Source: Microthyrium microscopicum (lineage: Eukaryota). From it: a stretch of DNA of 64,000 nt. Each line of letters begins with the position of its first letter. Position 1 is the stretch's first letter. This document shows positions 1-13,193 of the stretch, piece after piece. Below the pieces are notes generated by a model. That model saw nothing but the letters and a program-made list of their open reading frames with translations. It did not search any database and was not told where the DNA came from. The stretch is taken from contig MU004242.1 in assembly GCA_010405405.1 (NCBI GenBank), forward strand, positions 655,751 to 719,750, given 5' to 3'. The translations under genes were made by a program, and so were the position numbers.

Positions 1-389
1 AACCACAATCTCAATGCTGAAGTTAGCTTGCTTGGAGCCAATATCCTGGTCCCAAACACTGCTGTGATCAACCAGACCAACGCAGTCAGTGGAGCTTCGA
101 GTCTTGGAGCAATGTCAGACACCTGTCTTTGTATGTATATCTAATCCTCATGGCGAGCCAAATGTACTAATTGCCATCAGCTGACTGGGGAAGACCACCG
201 AATTACCTCTTAGTTGACTACTATAATCTTGGGAATGTCCCTGGGTCGGTTTTCCAGGTCGCTGCGAAGGCAAACGGAGTAACATACAATGGAAAATGCT
301 GCGGACCAACGTCTGCGGCATCAGTTGTAAGAGCAGATAAAATGGGTATTTGGAGTTTATTGCTCGTGATCTTCATAATATGGGTGTAG
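1..389 (+). CDS. 3' part of a secreted PI-PLC-like phosphodiesterase (TIM-barrel), probably GPI-anchored; 5'-truncated by the window edge
   Basis: Frame NHNLN...SLGAMSDTCL, intron 131-180 (GTATGT...CTAA...CAG), then WGRPPNYLLVDYYN...VFQVAAKANGVTYNGKCCG, a motif typical of this fungal family; hydrophobic C-terminal tail; TAG at 387-389. Confidence 0.7.
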
Positions 390-529
390 CGTTAGTATTT
401 CATGATCTGATTAGTTATGAGGAATGATTAAATGATACCCAATGATAGAAAGCACATCATGTTCACCGTGGATATCTATCAAAGTCAGGTGAAACCTATG
501 GAGGCGATCGATTATTGTATTCCAATACT

Positions 530-1183
530 CTATGACCCAATCATCTCTACATCGGTAGTAACTGGCTCGGTATTCGATGTGGATTTCCTTCTCGAAGTTG
601 ACGCAAGGAGTGATGCCCAGAATCCATCCTTTTCTGGATGATCATCCTTTATGGATGTAGTAAATGAGCTGATAATGGGCGTAAATGTACTAAAGGTTTC
701 TTGCGTTTTGACGTTCCACCTACAGTCGCTAGGAAAGTCGCAATATACTGAGCAGTTTTTATGTGTGCCAGTCTTGCTCTCTACGTTCACAACGTCCCGT
801 CGCCAATCATTCCAGGTTTTCCAACCACTATAATCAAATTCACTTGAACACGGCGAGTGTGTTATCACTCGTCCCGCTCCACGGGCCGCTGATTTAACAA
901 CGGTTCTACCTGGGCAGAAATAATGACCACATCCTAGACATCGCCGAGTAACGTCGAATCGGAAGGTATAGTGACATTTATGGCATGTCCAGAGCCAGTT
1001 CATAGGTAATGTAGGTGGTGGTTGTGAAGTTTTGGATGGAAGTAAAGGCAGAGAGGCTTTTTTCCTAACAATAATTGGCTCTATTGGAGAGCGTGGAGAT
1101 GTAGGGGAATCGCATTGGGCAAGCTTAGAACTTTGGTAGGCGATAGGTATCACGGACTTTGGAATTTTGATTCTTCTCCCCAT
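530..1183 (-). CDS. Fungal hypothetical protein with Cys/His zinc-ribbon-like motifs
   Basis: 217-aa ATG ORF with WLWTCHKCH, RRCLGCGHYFC, CSSEFDYSGW and CSVYCDFPSDC. Confidence 0.7.
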   Translation of the reverse strand: MGRRIKIPKSVIPIAYQSSKLAQCDSPTSPRSPIEPIIVRKKASLPLLPSKTSQPPPTLPMNWLWTCHKCHYTFRFDVTRRCLGCGHYFCPGRTVVKSAARGAGRVITHSPCSSEFDYSGWKTWNDWRRDVVNVESKTGTHKNCSVYCDFPSDCRWNVKTQETFSTFTPIISSFTTSIKDDHPEKDGFWASLLASTSRRKSTSNTEPVTTDVEMIGS

Positions 1184-2130
1184 GATAGGATTGACGAAGA
1201 CCTGCTTCCGTAGATATGGTAGGTGAAAAGGTATCTGATATGACCAAAAATTCAGCCGGCCAATACTGTGAGGTTTGATACCAGCGGTAAGGGAGACTTT
1301 TTATGTTGACTAATTTAAAAAAAAAACATCAAAGAACTCGCTTCAAGATTTCGGGTAGCAACAATGAAATTTCTTTGTGCATTTGCACCACGTGGTAGAG
1401 GTCTTTTTAGGCAAGAACAAGGATCTATGAGGAGCAGCAACCACTTGCCCTGCAACTACACCAAACACATTTCGGCTTCAGAGGTGCGCATCTAATAATT
1501 TTCATATTCGTCAAGATCAAAAACAATGCTGGTTTGAAATGAATTGACTGCGACCATGGGCAGATGACATTTGACTAGTAAGAATGGTAGTGTCTTGAAA
1601 AATCAACAATTCGCTGACCTTTGATACCGGTAGATTCAGCACTATCAAGCTACATCACAATTCAAGTAGGAGGATTAATTCAGGGTGAAGATACCCTTGG
1701 CTATGCTACGAGAGAGGGTATCTACCCATTACTCCTAACTGACAAAGACAACAATCCATTGCTGCAGAAGTTCGAAGGGAATACAGTGTGCCTGTAGAAG
1801 GAACTGGCCACCCAATTACAGCCAGACAGTGAAGAAACACTCCTTGTCGCCATCCTCATGCCAGAGGAGAAAGAACCATGATTCGATTTGCCGAGTCAGG
1901 GGTTCGCCATTTTGTAAAGACACTCCTGGTTAACGCCCAACAAAGACGCATTAAGAGGATGATGATGGAGACTCTCGGCGCTCAAATAGATATGATTGCG
2001 AGAACAGAAAGGTTGCAAGGTGAACTGTAGCCTTGCAGTAATTTCAGAGCAATCTCGGTACTAATGCTTCATGTCCACATTCAACTACTTGAGGAAGAGT
2101 AAACATGCTCTTTGGGGACATCCGGGCGCT

Positions 2131-2901
2131 TCATAGGATAACACATGATCGGCCACCTCTTTGCTTGTCGCGGTTCGGTCGGTATGTCTCTCTTTCGCGA
2201 TGACTCGTTCTGGGTTGATTATGTCTTTCGTTTCCTGATCTCTTCTCATGTGGCCTATAAAGTTGCTGCTTCTGTCGCTGCAACTGACGTACAACATCAA
2301 AGAACGCCTTTTCAACGTTGATGCAGTTTTTTGCCGATGCTTCTACAAAATCACAACCCAATTCTTTCGCAAGAGAATAGCCTTCTTGAGTAGAAACTTC
2401 ACGCTCGGTGACTCGATCGCATTTGTTGCCGACAAGCATTACTGGAGTAGGTCCATAAGAATTGGCAGCTAATGTAGATCCACTCAATGGGGACCCGGGG
2501 TAGGTTGGCGAACCTGTTTGTGATGATTCCTTGACTCTTTGAATCTGTCTATAGAACTTGTCGATCTTTTGGAACGACTGTCTGGACGAAATGCTGTAAA
2601 CGAGGACAAAGCCCTCACCATCCCGAATCCATTGATCGCGTAAAGCTGTATACTCTTCTTGACCAGCGGTGTCAAGCACCTCGAGCATACAAGACTGATT
2701 GTCGATCTTGACCTGTTTGCGATACGAATCTTCAATCGTTGGGTCGTAGGTCTCGACAAAATGATTTAAGCACAACTATTCACCATTAGCATACGCTGAA
2801 GCTAATCATTGGACGTCAAGTACCTGAATTGTCAGAGCAGTCTTGCCCACTCCTCCATCTCCCAGCACCACCAATTTGTATAGCGCCATTTTGCCCGCCA
2901 T
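2131..2901 (-). CDS. RAS2: Ras-family GTPase, fungal Ras2 type
   Basis: Exon 1 2901-2824 (MAGKMALYKLVVLGDGGVGKTALTIQ); intron 2823-2776; exon 2 has YDPTIEDSY, DTAGQEEY, NKCD, EASAK and the CaaX end CVIL. Confidence 0.95.
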
Positions 2902-5900
2902 GATCAATCGCAGAACTTCTTCTTCCGGTTACAGCTTCAAGCAAGAAATGCCGAGACCAGCAAAGATTGGAAGTATGTATTCGTAGGAGTCGAGAATAAG
3001 AGAGAGGCTAGATCAGGCAATGGAATGGAACTTGGATTTGGCGAAAGACTTTGACGGCGAGGATGCGCGACGAAGTTTGAACTAGCAGGGGAGAGTATTG
3101 TCGGGGTAGAGAATGGAGGGGATTGGACAACCTAGTAGAATCAGAGTTAGCGTGAGGTGCAACGTCTAGCAGCGGGAGCATGTGAATTATAGGGCTAGTG
3201 TACACGAGAAATTCAAGCAGAGGTTGTAATCATACGGTACGATGTGGGGTAGAAGAGGAAGAGCGCTGTGAGGACCAGTAGCGGAACTGGATAGTTCTGG
3301 ACTTGACTGATGTTGCGGGAGCGCTTGTAGACTTGCTCTGAAGTCTGGCGACACCTTCGCGACTAAAAGGATCTGAGGGAGAAAAGGAGAGGTAAGGCAC
3401 AAGATTGGCCAGGACTAGTCAGGAGGCCTTTGACGAATGCAAGTGCTGCTGGGATAGGGGTGTGGGGTGGCAGGCTTGGTGTACAGGGAGATGTGAATGG
3501 TGTTGGAGCAAGCAACCTTGAAAGCTTGGAGGCTTGGAAGCTTGCAGAGCGGCGAGAAGGCAAGGTTTTGAAGAAGTAGGATGGATGTAGTGGGAAAGGA
3601 GTAGTAGGTAGAGGTAAAGGAAGGTTAAGGAATTTGAAGGTGTATCTGAATAAGAAAAGGCAGATAGATAGGCCAAGAAGGGTAAGCGAGAATGAAAGAC
3701 TGGAGTTGGAGTGTAGGACCACGAGTTGTAGAGTCGCAGCCGCCCTTTTCGGAAATTCGGATCTCTACCCACTCCTGCCACGAGGAGTCTGTGTGCCTAA
3801 TTGGCAAGAGCGTATGGAATTTCTCCAAATCTGGAAGCCGCGACTCGGAGCATTGGCTCGTGGTTCTTCGCTCAACCGCGTGGATACGAGGTACAGTGTG
3901 CAATGTGCTATGCATACGATGGAGGAACTGTTGTGCGAAAGGCGTGGAAAAACGTACGGTGGCTCTGATCGATTGGATGGAATCAAATTGGAACCGACAA
4001 GAGGTGGCACAGAATGTGACGATACGAACGACAGGGTCTCTGCGGCAAGACTGCGATGAAAGTGGACAATCTTGGACGGTCAGCGGCGGTGTACGGAGAC
4101 TGTTGTTGCAATTGATGCTCAACTTGTTGGTGAGGAATACTAAGTATGGAGTAGTATGTGTCTGAGCTCAGCAAGACATGAAAGATCAAGGGGTGGCTGA
4201 AGGAGGGGTTGAAGACAGATGGGGCCCATCAAGGACTGACTATCACAACAGGAATTGTTTCCAGTAGAATAGAATGCAACAGCTGTAAGAAAAAGGCACA
4301 AGAGGCTGAAACTTGTCGTGGGTGAGGAGGTGTAGAGTGATTGAGGGGTGGAAGGAAGTTGTGGGGAGACTGAGACTGAGAGTAGAGAGAGAGAAGCGAA
4401 AACTCTAGAAGTGGAATCAAACAATTGCAAAGAAGAGCTAGGCCTTGTCACAGTACCGCTATAGTCCACTACTGTATCAGTTGCTCGTGCATCTAGCGAG
4501 AGTCGGTTTAATGTTGATCCAATTGACTGTCCTGCATTTGCTGCTGTCTGCTTTTCAACTGGCTCGTTGGGCCATTGCTCTGGACTCTCGCACTAATGCT
4601 GCTTCGTCAAGCTTGATGCGAACCTCATGCTGACTTTAGCCTTGGGAAGTTCGGATACCACGACTTTTGCCCAAGATTGGTTCTTATTCTGACCTCGACT
4701 AAAACGCGGCTAGCTTACAGAAGTCATACATCTAGTCGAACCTGTGGATCCCATCGGATAGAAACAGTACCTTACCCGCTTACCTCTAATGTTTCTCAAC
4801 GATACCAAGCAGGCTGGTTATCATTGGTGGGCATGTCTTCTTATTCTACTTACCGACCACTCAGCTGTTAATAAATAAAAGCAATCTTCCCAGCTTCGGC
4901 GTGAGCCAATGACTCTCTGATATTGTGGTTGTTCGATACAGTACAATCGATCTCCCCTAATGCCTTTGGCGTAGCTCAACGGTCACGCTTCACCAAATTC
5001 ACCTGTTTTGGCGCCCGCCATTATTATTTATGAACCGAATCAAGAGGAAAAGGGAGATTCTAACCAAGCTGACATTATCACGGCCTTGGTATTGTCAAAG
5101 TCCGTAGTCTGAAATTAATAATATCAGGTTTGATTTAGATGCTCTGCAGCGCATATTTGTCCTACCAAACTCAAATACAATGAAGTTTACCACTTATCAA
5201 TGCATTATTCTTTGTCAATCATCAAGTCTTTTTTTTCTTTACCCCCACCCATTCGTGGCTTTGATAGCTATTTGATTTCATTGTCCCTTTGCTTCCTTGA
5301 GAGCTGATCATTTCGCGTTCCATCTTCAGATACCGCACAGCCGTATAGGGAAACAATGGTTCTCATATCTGTATAACATTACTACTCCTCAGCTGTGACT
5401 CGGTGGCATGTCTTCATAACTCTCAGCATTGACCGATCTGCTAAGGCACGCACCATCCCTGATCAAAGAACAACTGAGACCTATAAGGCAGGCAATGCCA
5501 AAGTGCTTACTTATGGAACACTTCAAGTGAAATTCTCCATCCGAAGAACGTGGCAGGAAAATGCTGAATCCATCACCAAAAACCGTGGATGAAAAGCGTG
5601 GGGGAAGCCTCAATATAACTGGCATGATTTATTGTGCCCAAAAACAAATGCTTGAGATTTAATAGACGCCGCGGCCCGCGTTAGGTCCTTAGACACATAT
5701 GCAGTGATGCACGTCAAACTGACCGCGATATTCACTGTACAATGCTTTGGAGCATGGTTGAGCGTTGTCAAATGTGTTCCAGACATTCACCGCTCTGACT
5801 TTGGCACCACGCGTGGTCCAATGAAGTGACTGGCGTTCTACGCGTCGCTCAAGAAGAATCTGAGGGCCAACTCCAGTTGGTACCGGGAAAACCAAACGGA

Positions 5901-6150
5901 AGGTTTCCTATTTGGGATTGCAGATCACAAAGGCAACTCACTTCAAGACTAACTTGTCTTCTCGTACAGATGAGGCTTGATCCCAAGTTCTCTCGCCGCT
6001 AATCCCCAACTCCACATACCAGAGATACGGCCGTAGCGGGAAGACCATTCCCCTTTTAGAGTATGGATTTCAGTCTCGACTCTCGACCCAAAGAGCGTGG
6101 AAAGTAGACAAAGGTTAGGCCACTTGTGGCTGTAGATATTCAAGTTTAAG

Positions 6151-8387
6151 TTATAGCTTCGGACGTCCTTCAATACTCTTATGCTTCCCCTTTCCATGAG
6201 ATTCGAAATAGTCCTTGATCTTCTCTTTAGCCACAGCGACAACCTCAATATCTTCAATAGTTGTTGGAATTGAGACATCCTTTTCAAAGTCTCCATGGAT
6301 AGCATTCTCCAGCAACTCTCTCAGTACTCGTCGTAAAGTCTTTCCGCTACGCGTCTTGGGTATCATCCCTCGGCCTTGGATCATACCGCCTAGAGATGCA
6401 ATGCCGCCAAGTTGTGTTCTTACGGCTTGATTGACTTCCTTGAAGAGCTGTTGGCGTCTTTCTTCTGTGACATCTTTGATAGCAGGATTTATGACCACGA
6501 AGGCGAAAGGTAGATGGCCCTTCAACGAATCAGGTATTCCAACAACACAAGCTTCCATGATTTCCGGGTGAGAGCATACAGCTTGCTCAATTGCTCCAGT
6601 ACTGAGTCGATGAGCTGCGACGTTGATGATATCGTCGGCCCGAGACATGACGTGAACGTAGCCATCGCCATCAATGATTCCCGAATCACCAGTGTCCATG
6701 AATTTACCGCCGAATCGCTTCAGATAGCTTTTCAAGAATCGCTCGTCGTCGTTCCAGAGTTGAGTCAAGCCAGTAGGCGCGAAAGGTAAGCCCAACACCA
6801 AGTTGCCCATTGTCCCTCTTTCACATTCTTTACCGTCGTCGTCAACAACTCGAATGTCAAATCCTGGCATCGGCTTGCCTGCCGAACCAGGCTTTGTGAG
6901 CAATGGTTTGTGCTCGAGCGAACTCGACTTTGAGTCGTCTCGAATGGTGGCTTTCTGTGCCAACCCAGTCATGGGGCTGCCGGATTCTGAAGACCACCAA
7001 TTGTCTACAATGGAAGCCCCAGTATCACCAAAGCTCTTTAGATGTTCTGTGTACAGCTCAACAATGCTGGGCTCAGATCGCTCACCAGCTAGGAACAATG
7101 CACGTAGACTCTTCAAGCCTCCACGCTTGCCAACTTCTTGGATTTTCTCACTGTCAGGATCCAATTGGCGAATTGCTCTCAAGGCAGTAGGTGCGGTGAA
7201 CAGCACGTTGATCTTGTGCTCCTCAATGAGCCTCCAGAATATACCTGCGTCTGGATATATTGGCTTTCCTTCGAACTGAACTGTGGTAGCGCCTGCTAGC
7301 AGAGGAGCGTATAGGATATATGAATGACCAACCACCTGTGTATGAGTTAGTACATCTGCACTATTGATTTGGAACATACTGACCCATCCAACATCAGACG
7401 CGGTGAAAATAACATCGCCTCTTTCGATACCAAACAGATATTTGATGGAAAGATCAAGTCCAACTACATGACCAGCAGCTTCTCTAACAACCCCTTTCGG
7501 CGCTCCCGTAGTTCCTGGCGATAAATTTAGCATCATTCAATTGAAATGTTATTTTTGACAGTTGTCTTACCGCTTGTATAAATGATATAAACTGCATCGT
7601 TACTTTTCACAGGTGTACACCCAGCTCTCACGCCTCGATTTCGGGCACTCTTCACCAACCTTTGCCAGTTTCTTTCTCCAGAACCTTTGTTTACCGGATG
7701 CCATCTGTGTTGGTCGCGCTGCCAGATAATAGTCTTCGCTGGCTTGTGTTTGCTTTGGTGGATCGCGCTTTCAATTAAGGTCTTATACCCTATGGGTTTC
7801 TTGCCTGCTTCAATGCCACATGACGCCGTCATAATAGCAGCCGGGCTAGATGCCTCAATTCTTTGCGCCAGGGAAGGAGGAGAGAATCCACCGAATACCA
7901 CTGCGTGTATTGCGCCTATTCGATTAATAGCCAACATAGCAATGAGGGCAGCCGGAATCATGGGCATGTATATAAGTACGACCTGTCCCTTTTGGACCCC
8001 TTCTTCGAGCAACACGCCGGCAAGAACTTCGACTTCGTCCAGCAATTGCGCGTAAGTGAATTTCTGTTTGTCATTGGTGACAGGACTTTCCCATATGATT
8101 GCTATGTTATCTCCGTGACCTGTGTCCTTTACATGGCGATCCAGGCAGTTGTAGCAAGTGGAAACTTCGCCTCCTGGGAACCACTTCCATGCCGGATGGG
8201 ACGAGCCATCAGGGAGTGTTTTCTTTGTTATTTCCAGTGTCTTATCCGGTTTCTTGTGCCAGGTGATGTAGCTGGCTTGTTTCCTCCAGAAATCCTCAGG
8301 GTTCTGGAGCGATTCTTGATGAATCGAATCTTGCGGATGAGCTGACATCTTTGGGTTCATTGGCTTGACTCTCACGTCGGCAACCAT
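6151..8387 (-). CDS. Propionyl-CoA synthetase-like acyl-CoA ligase (PrpE/ACSS3 type)
   Basis: Two ORFs joined by an intron inside YIIYTSG/TTGAPKG, with a second intron inside SDVGW/VVGHSY; motifs DNWWSSESG, DTGD, SRADDIINVAAHRLS, PKTRSGK. Start could be ATG 8387, 8360 or 8348. Confidence 0.88.
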
Positions 8388-8932
8388 ACACAGATAGGTA
8401 ATGATCTGGTAAGGAGTGTTCTAAGTATTCCACCTTGTCGACCCAGGCCCGGTAGCATTATATCGCTTTGGCTGATCAAGCTGAGGTGGTGGATGCTGAG
8501 GGGTCGTCATCGGACAAGCGGAGTTGCAACTCCATCACCATTCTACATAACCGATCATCAGATAGAAATCGTACGATAGTCACATTAATTCTACGGGTTT
8601 TTTGGTACATTCCATGATCTTGCTATCCCAGATTGTTGTACAGAAATGCATGTAGCTTACCGCACAGATCTGGCAAAGACAAGCCACTGCTCACGCATTA
8701 CAAACTGGGTGCATCCTGATATAGGAGTTGTAATGATACTAAATGAATACTAGTTTGAACATGATGATTAGAATTCTCACCGTGAGCTCAAAATGTGATT
8801 TCTTTGATCTACGCATCCTTCGAATATGCCTCCCTCAATGACAATGACTGTTGAAGAAGTATGTTTCGTCTTTGCTGCTACAGTCTTTAAGAGGATAGAA
8901 CGTCCAGAACCAGGCTCAACCTTAATGTAAAT

Positions 8933-9718
8933 TCAATGACTGACACCAAGCTTTTCTGCCACCGCGATGAATCCATTTTCATCCCCAGGTACCCACAAAT
9001 CAACAAGACCATTCGTCTTATAGTCTTCAGCTACATCTGGTGACAAGCCTTCTTCTTGTGGGCGCTCAACATAAATTGTCTGCAATCCACAAGATTTGGC
9101 GGCCTCGAGATCCTTCAAGTGAGCTGCTACCATTGCGCATTCTTCTGGTTTCATCCCCAACCTGTCAACTGCACCTAGATAAACCTTTGGCGATGGCTTA
9201 TAGGAATTGAAGAGCTCGCCACTAAACAACTCCTTGAACTGAATGTTGGAATGCTCCCTCAAATCCTCCAGTAACGATATGTTGCCGTTGGATAGAGTGC
9301 ATGTCGTGAATTTGGTATTCAATAACTTCATTCCTTCAACAGAGTCGTCCCAAGGATCAAGTTTATGCCAGATGAGACTCATCGAGAGCCGCTCTTCATC
9401 GTTCCATAGACCAGTGATACTCCATTTCTCTAGAAGCTCACCAAGCGCGTCATAGTGATGTTGGTCCACTGACTTCCATGGAATGCTTGAGTCTCGTGCG
9501 ATAGACTGGACAAAGTGCATATACGTGTTTCGCCACTCTTGTGCAAATGCCCCCCAATCCTCACTGGTCATGGAGGATAGCCTTTTCCGCGTGCCATCTG
9601 GTACATCGGAGGATGGGGTCTTGCTTTCTTTGATGAGGGCGTTAGTGACGGTGGTTCTCCAGTCTACGCAAGTGCCGAAAACATCGAAAAGAAGAGCTCT
9701 TGGCGGCTGAGGACTCAT
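8933..9718 (-). CDS. HAD-superfamily hydrolase, type II haloacid dehalogenase-like
   Basis: FDVFGTCVDW, LSNGN, YKPSPKVY and MVAAHLKDL motifs; single exon. Confidence 0.9.
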   Translation of the reverse strand: MSPQPPRALLFDVFGTCVDWRTTVTNALIKESKTPSSDVPDGTRKRLSSMTSEDWGAFAQEWRNTYMHFVQSIARDSSIPWKSVDQHHYDALGELLEKWSITGLWNDEERLSMSLIWHKLDPWDDSVEGMKLLNTKFTTCTLSNGNISLLEDLREHSNIQFKELFSGELFNSYKPSPKVYLGAVDRLGMKPEECAMVAAHLKDLEAAKSCGLQTIYVERPQEEGLSPDVAEDYKTNGLVDLWVPGDENGFIAVAEKLGVSH

Positions 9719-10317
9719 GATCAATAATAGCTATTCTATAGCCTGTTGTTCGATATTGCGGCGATGGAATAGACTTTTCTTATAGTTGGGCGGGGCTTTG
9801 AAAGCCGAAGAGGCGACACTGCGAGTTGCAATCTGCCCCAAATGTTAACTTATGCCGAGGACTCGCACATTACTAACCGCACAACTAGTAGGGCGTACAT
9901 GGAATAATCTTCTACTGTGGAGTTCAAACTATAAGCTATTGGTTTCACAGTTTACAGTGTTTGTATTCAACTGGTACTACAGACCTTCTCGGCATCTCCG
10001 ATCCCCTGTAGTTGATAGTCGTCCATGAGCTGATACAAAGTTTTATATCCTCAAGCATACCCAGTGCCAAGAAATATTCACATGCAAATGAGGCGATTAC
10101 CATATTACAGGAAGACTCGCTGGCTATATTAAGTTACGGACACTAGAATACTGTGTGATAGGGCTGATAGGAGTCTGTAAGGAAAATGTTTGTAGCTGCT
10201 TCACCTATAAGTAGGCCCTATTTGTGATTATCTTAATAAGTACGGAGTAACCCCCGGTAAGTTTCTGTTGACCTGTTCGAGTCTTATTTCCAGCATAATC
10301 TTGTACCATATTCGAAT

Positions 10318-13193
10318 ATGGCGACGGATTACAAGATGCGAGTGATTATAGCTGGAGGTGGAGTGGTTGGTCTAGTACTTGCGAATGCCTTGGAGGTACG
10401 AATTATATCACCTTGGACGAGACCACTCGTCGTCGACTGACCTATGGCTATCTAGCAAGCGGGAATTGACTACATTCTACTGGAGCGTCGCGATGAGATT
10501 TCACCCACAATTGGCCAATCAATTGCGGCTGAACCCAATGGAGCTCGAGTGCGTTATCAACAGTTCCGGATCCGTTGTCAACACTAATCATGGTGAAAGA
10601 TCTTGGATCAACTAGGGATTCTGGACGAGTGGAAAAAGCAGGGTGTAAGGTCAAGTCGCAAGTATCGGTTCGATGTCTGACAACCCGTAGCAAGCTCTCA
10701 TCTGGTGGTACGAACGTGACAACAATGGTGAAGTGCTTCTGAAAACAGACGGCGTCAAACTGGGCGGCTCTGCAAGGTATATGAAAGATGAAGTGTTGAA
10801 ATACCAATCAGAGACTAACAAGGCTCAGAACTGGTTATGACTTCATATTTGGCGAGAGGACCAAGTATCTGACTACGTTCTATGAGAACCTCAAAGACAA
10901 GAGCAAGATCTTGCTAAGCAAAAACATCAAGATCGTAGAGGAAACGGACAGCGGCGTTGTTGTGAAGTGCGAAGACGGTACTTCCTACGAAGGTGATATC
11001 CTTGCTGGCGCAGACGGTGTCAGGTCAAAGGTCCGAGAGGAAATGTGGCGACTGGCAAACTCTCAAGTACCCAAGGTTGTTGAGCATGATAGGAATGGTA
11101 TGGCTTCGCATGGGCTTCTTGTTTCCAATGCTTACGCTTTTTAGCCATGTTTGCCGAGTACAGAGCTCTATTTGGTATCTCTGAGGCGCCACCAGGAATA
11201 CTACCAGGCGATTGCGACTTTGGATATGACAAGAATCGAAGTACGTTGGTCTTTGGTGGAGCGCGAAACAAGGCATATGTTTTCATCTTCGAGAAACTGG
11301 ACAAGATCTGTCGAGGAAGGGACATACCTCGATTCACCAAGGAAGAAGCGATGGCATTCGTCAAAAAACACTCCGATTTCAAAATCAGACCCGATTTGAC
11401 GATAGCCGACTTCTGGAAAAGAATTGACAACTATTCATTTGTCTGCCTTGAAGAATGTGTGTTCAAGCTCTGGACCTGGGGTCGTATTGCATGCGTCGGT
11501 GATAGCGTCCACAAAATGACGCCAAACATCGGCGCTGGCGGTAACGCTGGAATAGAGAGTGCTGCAGCATTAGCAAATGCGATCAAATGGGTCTCGGAGA
11601 ATTCCAATGGGCAGCGACCAAGCAAAGAGCTTGTGGAAAAGGCACTTCAGAAGTATCAAACCCAAAGAGAGGCAAGAGCTGCGGCAATGGTACATAGTGC
11701 TGGAGAAGTCACACGAATGCAGGCTGGAAGAAGTTTCTATCATAAATTCGCGGCAAAGATGGTGCGTCTTTATCCAGGAGATTTCATTGCCGATTATCTA
11801 TCGGCCTATTTCTCCGGTGCAGAGATGCTGGTAAGATTGAATCTTCACAAATGTTCGTATGAAGGGTATTTGAAACTAACAACATATCGACAGTCATATC
11901 TACCACCACCGAAGGCATCTGTGGGTGGACATCAGCCCTTCAATCCTTCCCAAGGATGGTCAAGACATGAGAGCAAACTCAAGCGTGCTGTTCTCGCATT
12001 ACCGTTTCTCGCAATGTTCTTTCTGGCCAACAAGGTCATGACTGTCGCAAACGTAGTGCCCATGTTGACTCCAATGATTCAAGATCAAGCTGTCACATGG
12101 AACATGACCTCTATGCCACTTCGGACCAAGTTCTACAACGTCAAACCACTCGATGATATGTAAGTCAAAGATAGTTGTGTCTTTTATACATTGGCTGATT
12201 AACTCTAATAGCTGGGTACCAATCAACATCTTCTTCACTCCAGCATTATATGGATTTGATGCCATCTGCCGAACGCAGACCTTGTCGCTCCTCGCCGACT
12301 ATGGAATCATCGTGGCTATCTGGGCGTTCGAGTCTGTACGCAGAGCCAACATTCTGACATTTGCACAAATGTGAGTATTGCGTTCTCGGCATGGGTCCTC
12401 ACTGACACTCCACAGACCAGGCTTGTTCACCTTCTTAGGACAACTGCGAGGAGTCGGAGTCATCAGTCCATTCTACTACTTACTGCACTACATCTCATCG
12501 CCAGTAGAAAACATGCAGGCCGCCGACATGAGACTAGGAAGGCTGAACTACGCTCTCGTTCTTCTCCCAACCTTACTTCTAACTCATTACATTCCTGGCT
12601 ATGCCATGTTCCACTGGCCCACGTTTTCTGGTAGAGAGTCCTGGCTTTTCTTGTGGCAAATGTTCCCAGTCTGGGTATACCTCACTGCAAAGGTACTATC
12701 ATCTTTCATTCCAGATACGACGCTCTCTGATCGATTTGAATCACCAACTCGCGACTTGCCTGTCATAAAATACACCATTGGGACACTGGCTGCTGTATCA
12801 TCCACTGTCTGGGTTTTCACATGTACCACGGCTCTACTTAAGAACGGCATATCTGGTGTTTTCCTTCCAGATGGGTTACCAGGACAAGCAACGGATTTTG
12901 TGACCTTCACTAGGGAATATCTGCAGTTTGATGAGATCTTTCTATTTGGCAACACCTTCATATGGCTGGCTTATCTTTTCTGGGACTTGAAACATGCCGG
13001 TATGATCAAAACCAAATGGATCCAGCTTGTCTTCTACTTGATAAGCTCGGTTTTAGTTATGGGTCCTGGAACAACGGCTGGTTTGGGGTGGCTTTGGAGA
13101 GAGACTGTCTTGGCAAACACAAGACATAGAGATGCGGTGATAAGATCACCCTCGGAGAAAAGCGATCATACGGAGAAGATGGTTATGAACTGA
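10318..13193 (+). CDS. FAD-dependent monooxygenase (epoxidase-type) fused to a C-terminal multi-pass membrane domain
   Basis: ATG 10318, VIIAGGGVVGL Rossmann motif, GADGVRSKVR, GDSVHKMTPNIGAGGN; about 8 short introns (first 10396-10455); the spliced frame continues into a hydrophobic domain ending ...GPGTTAGLGWLWRE... TGA 13193. Confidence 0.85.

Noticed and set aside
3008..4633. Many overlapping 60-165 aa ORFs upstream of RAS2
   Set aside because: Low-complexity purine/pyrimidine-skewed leader and promoter sequence, mostly non-ATG starts, no recognisable domains.
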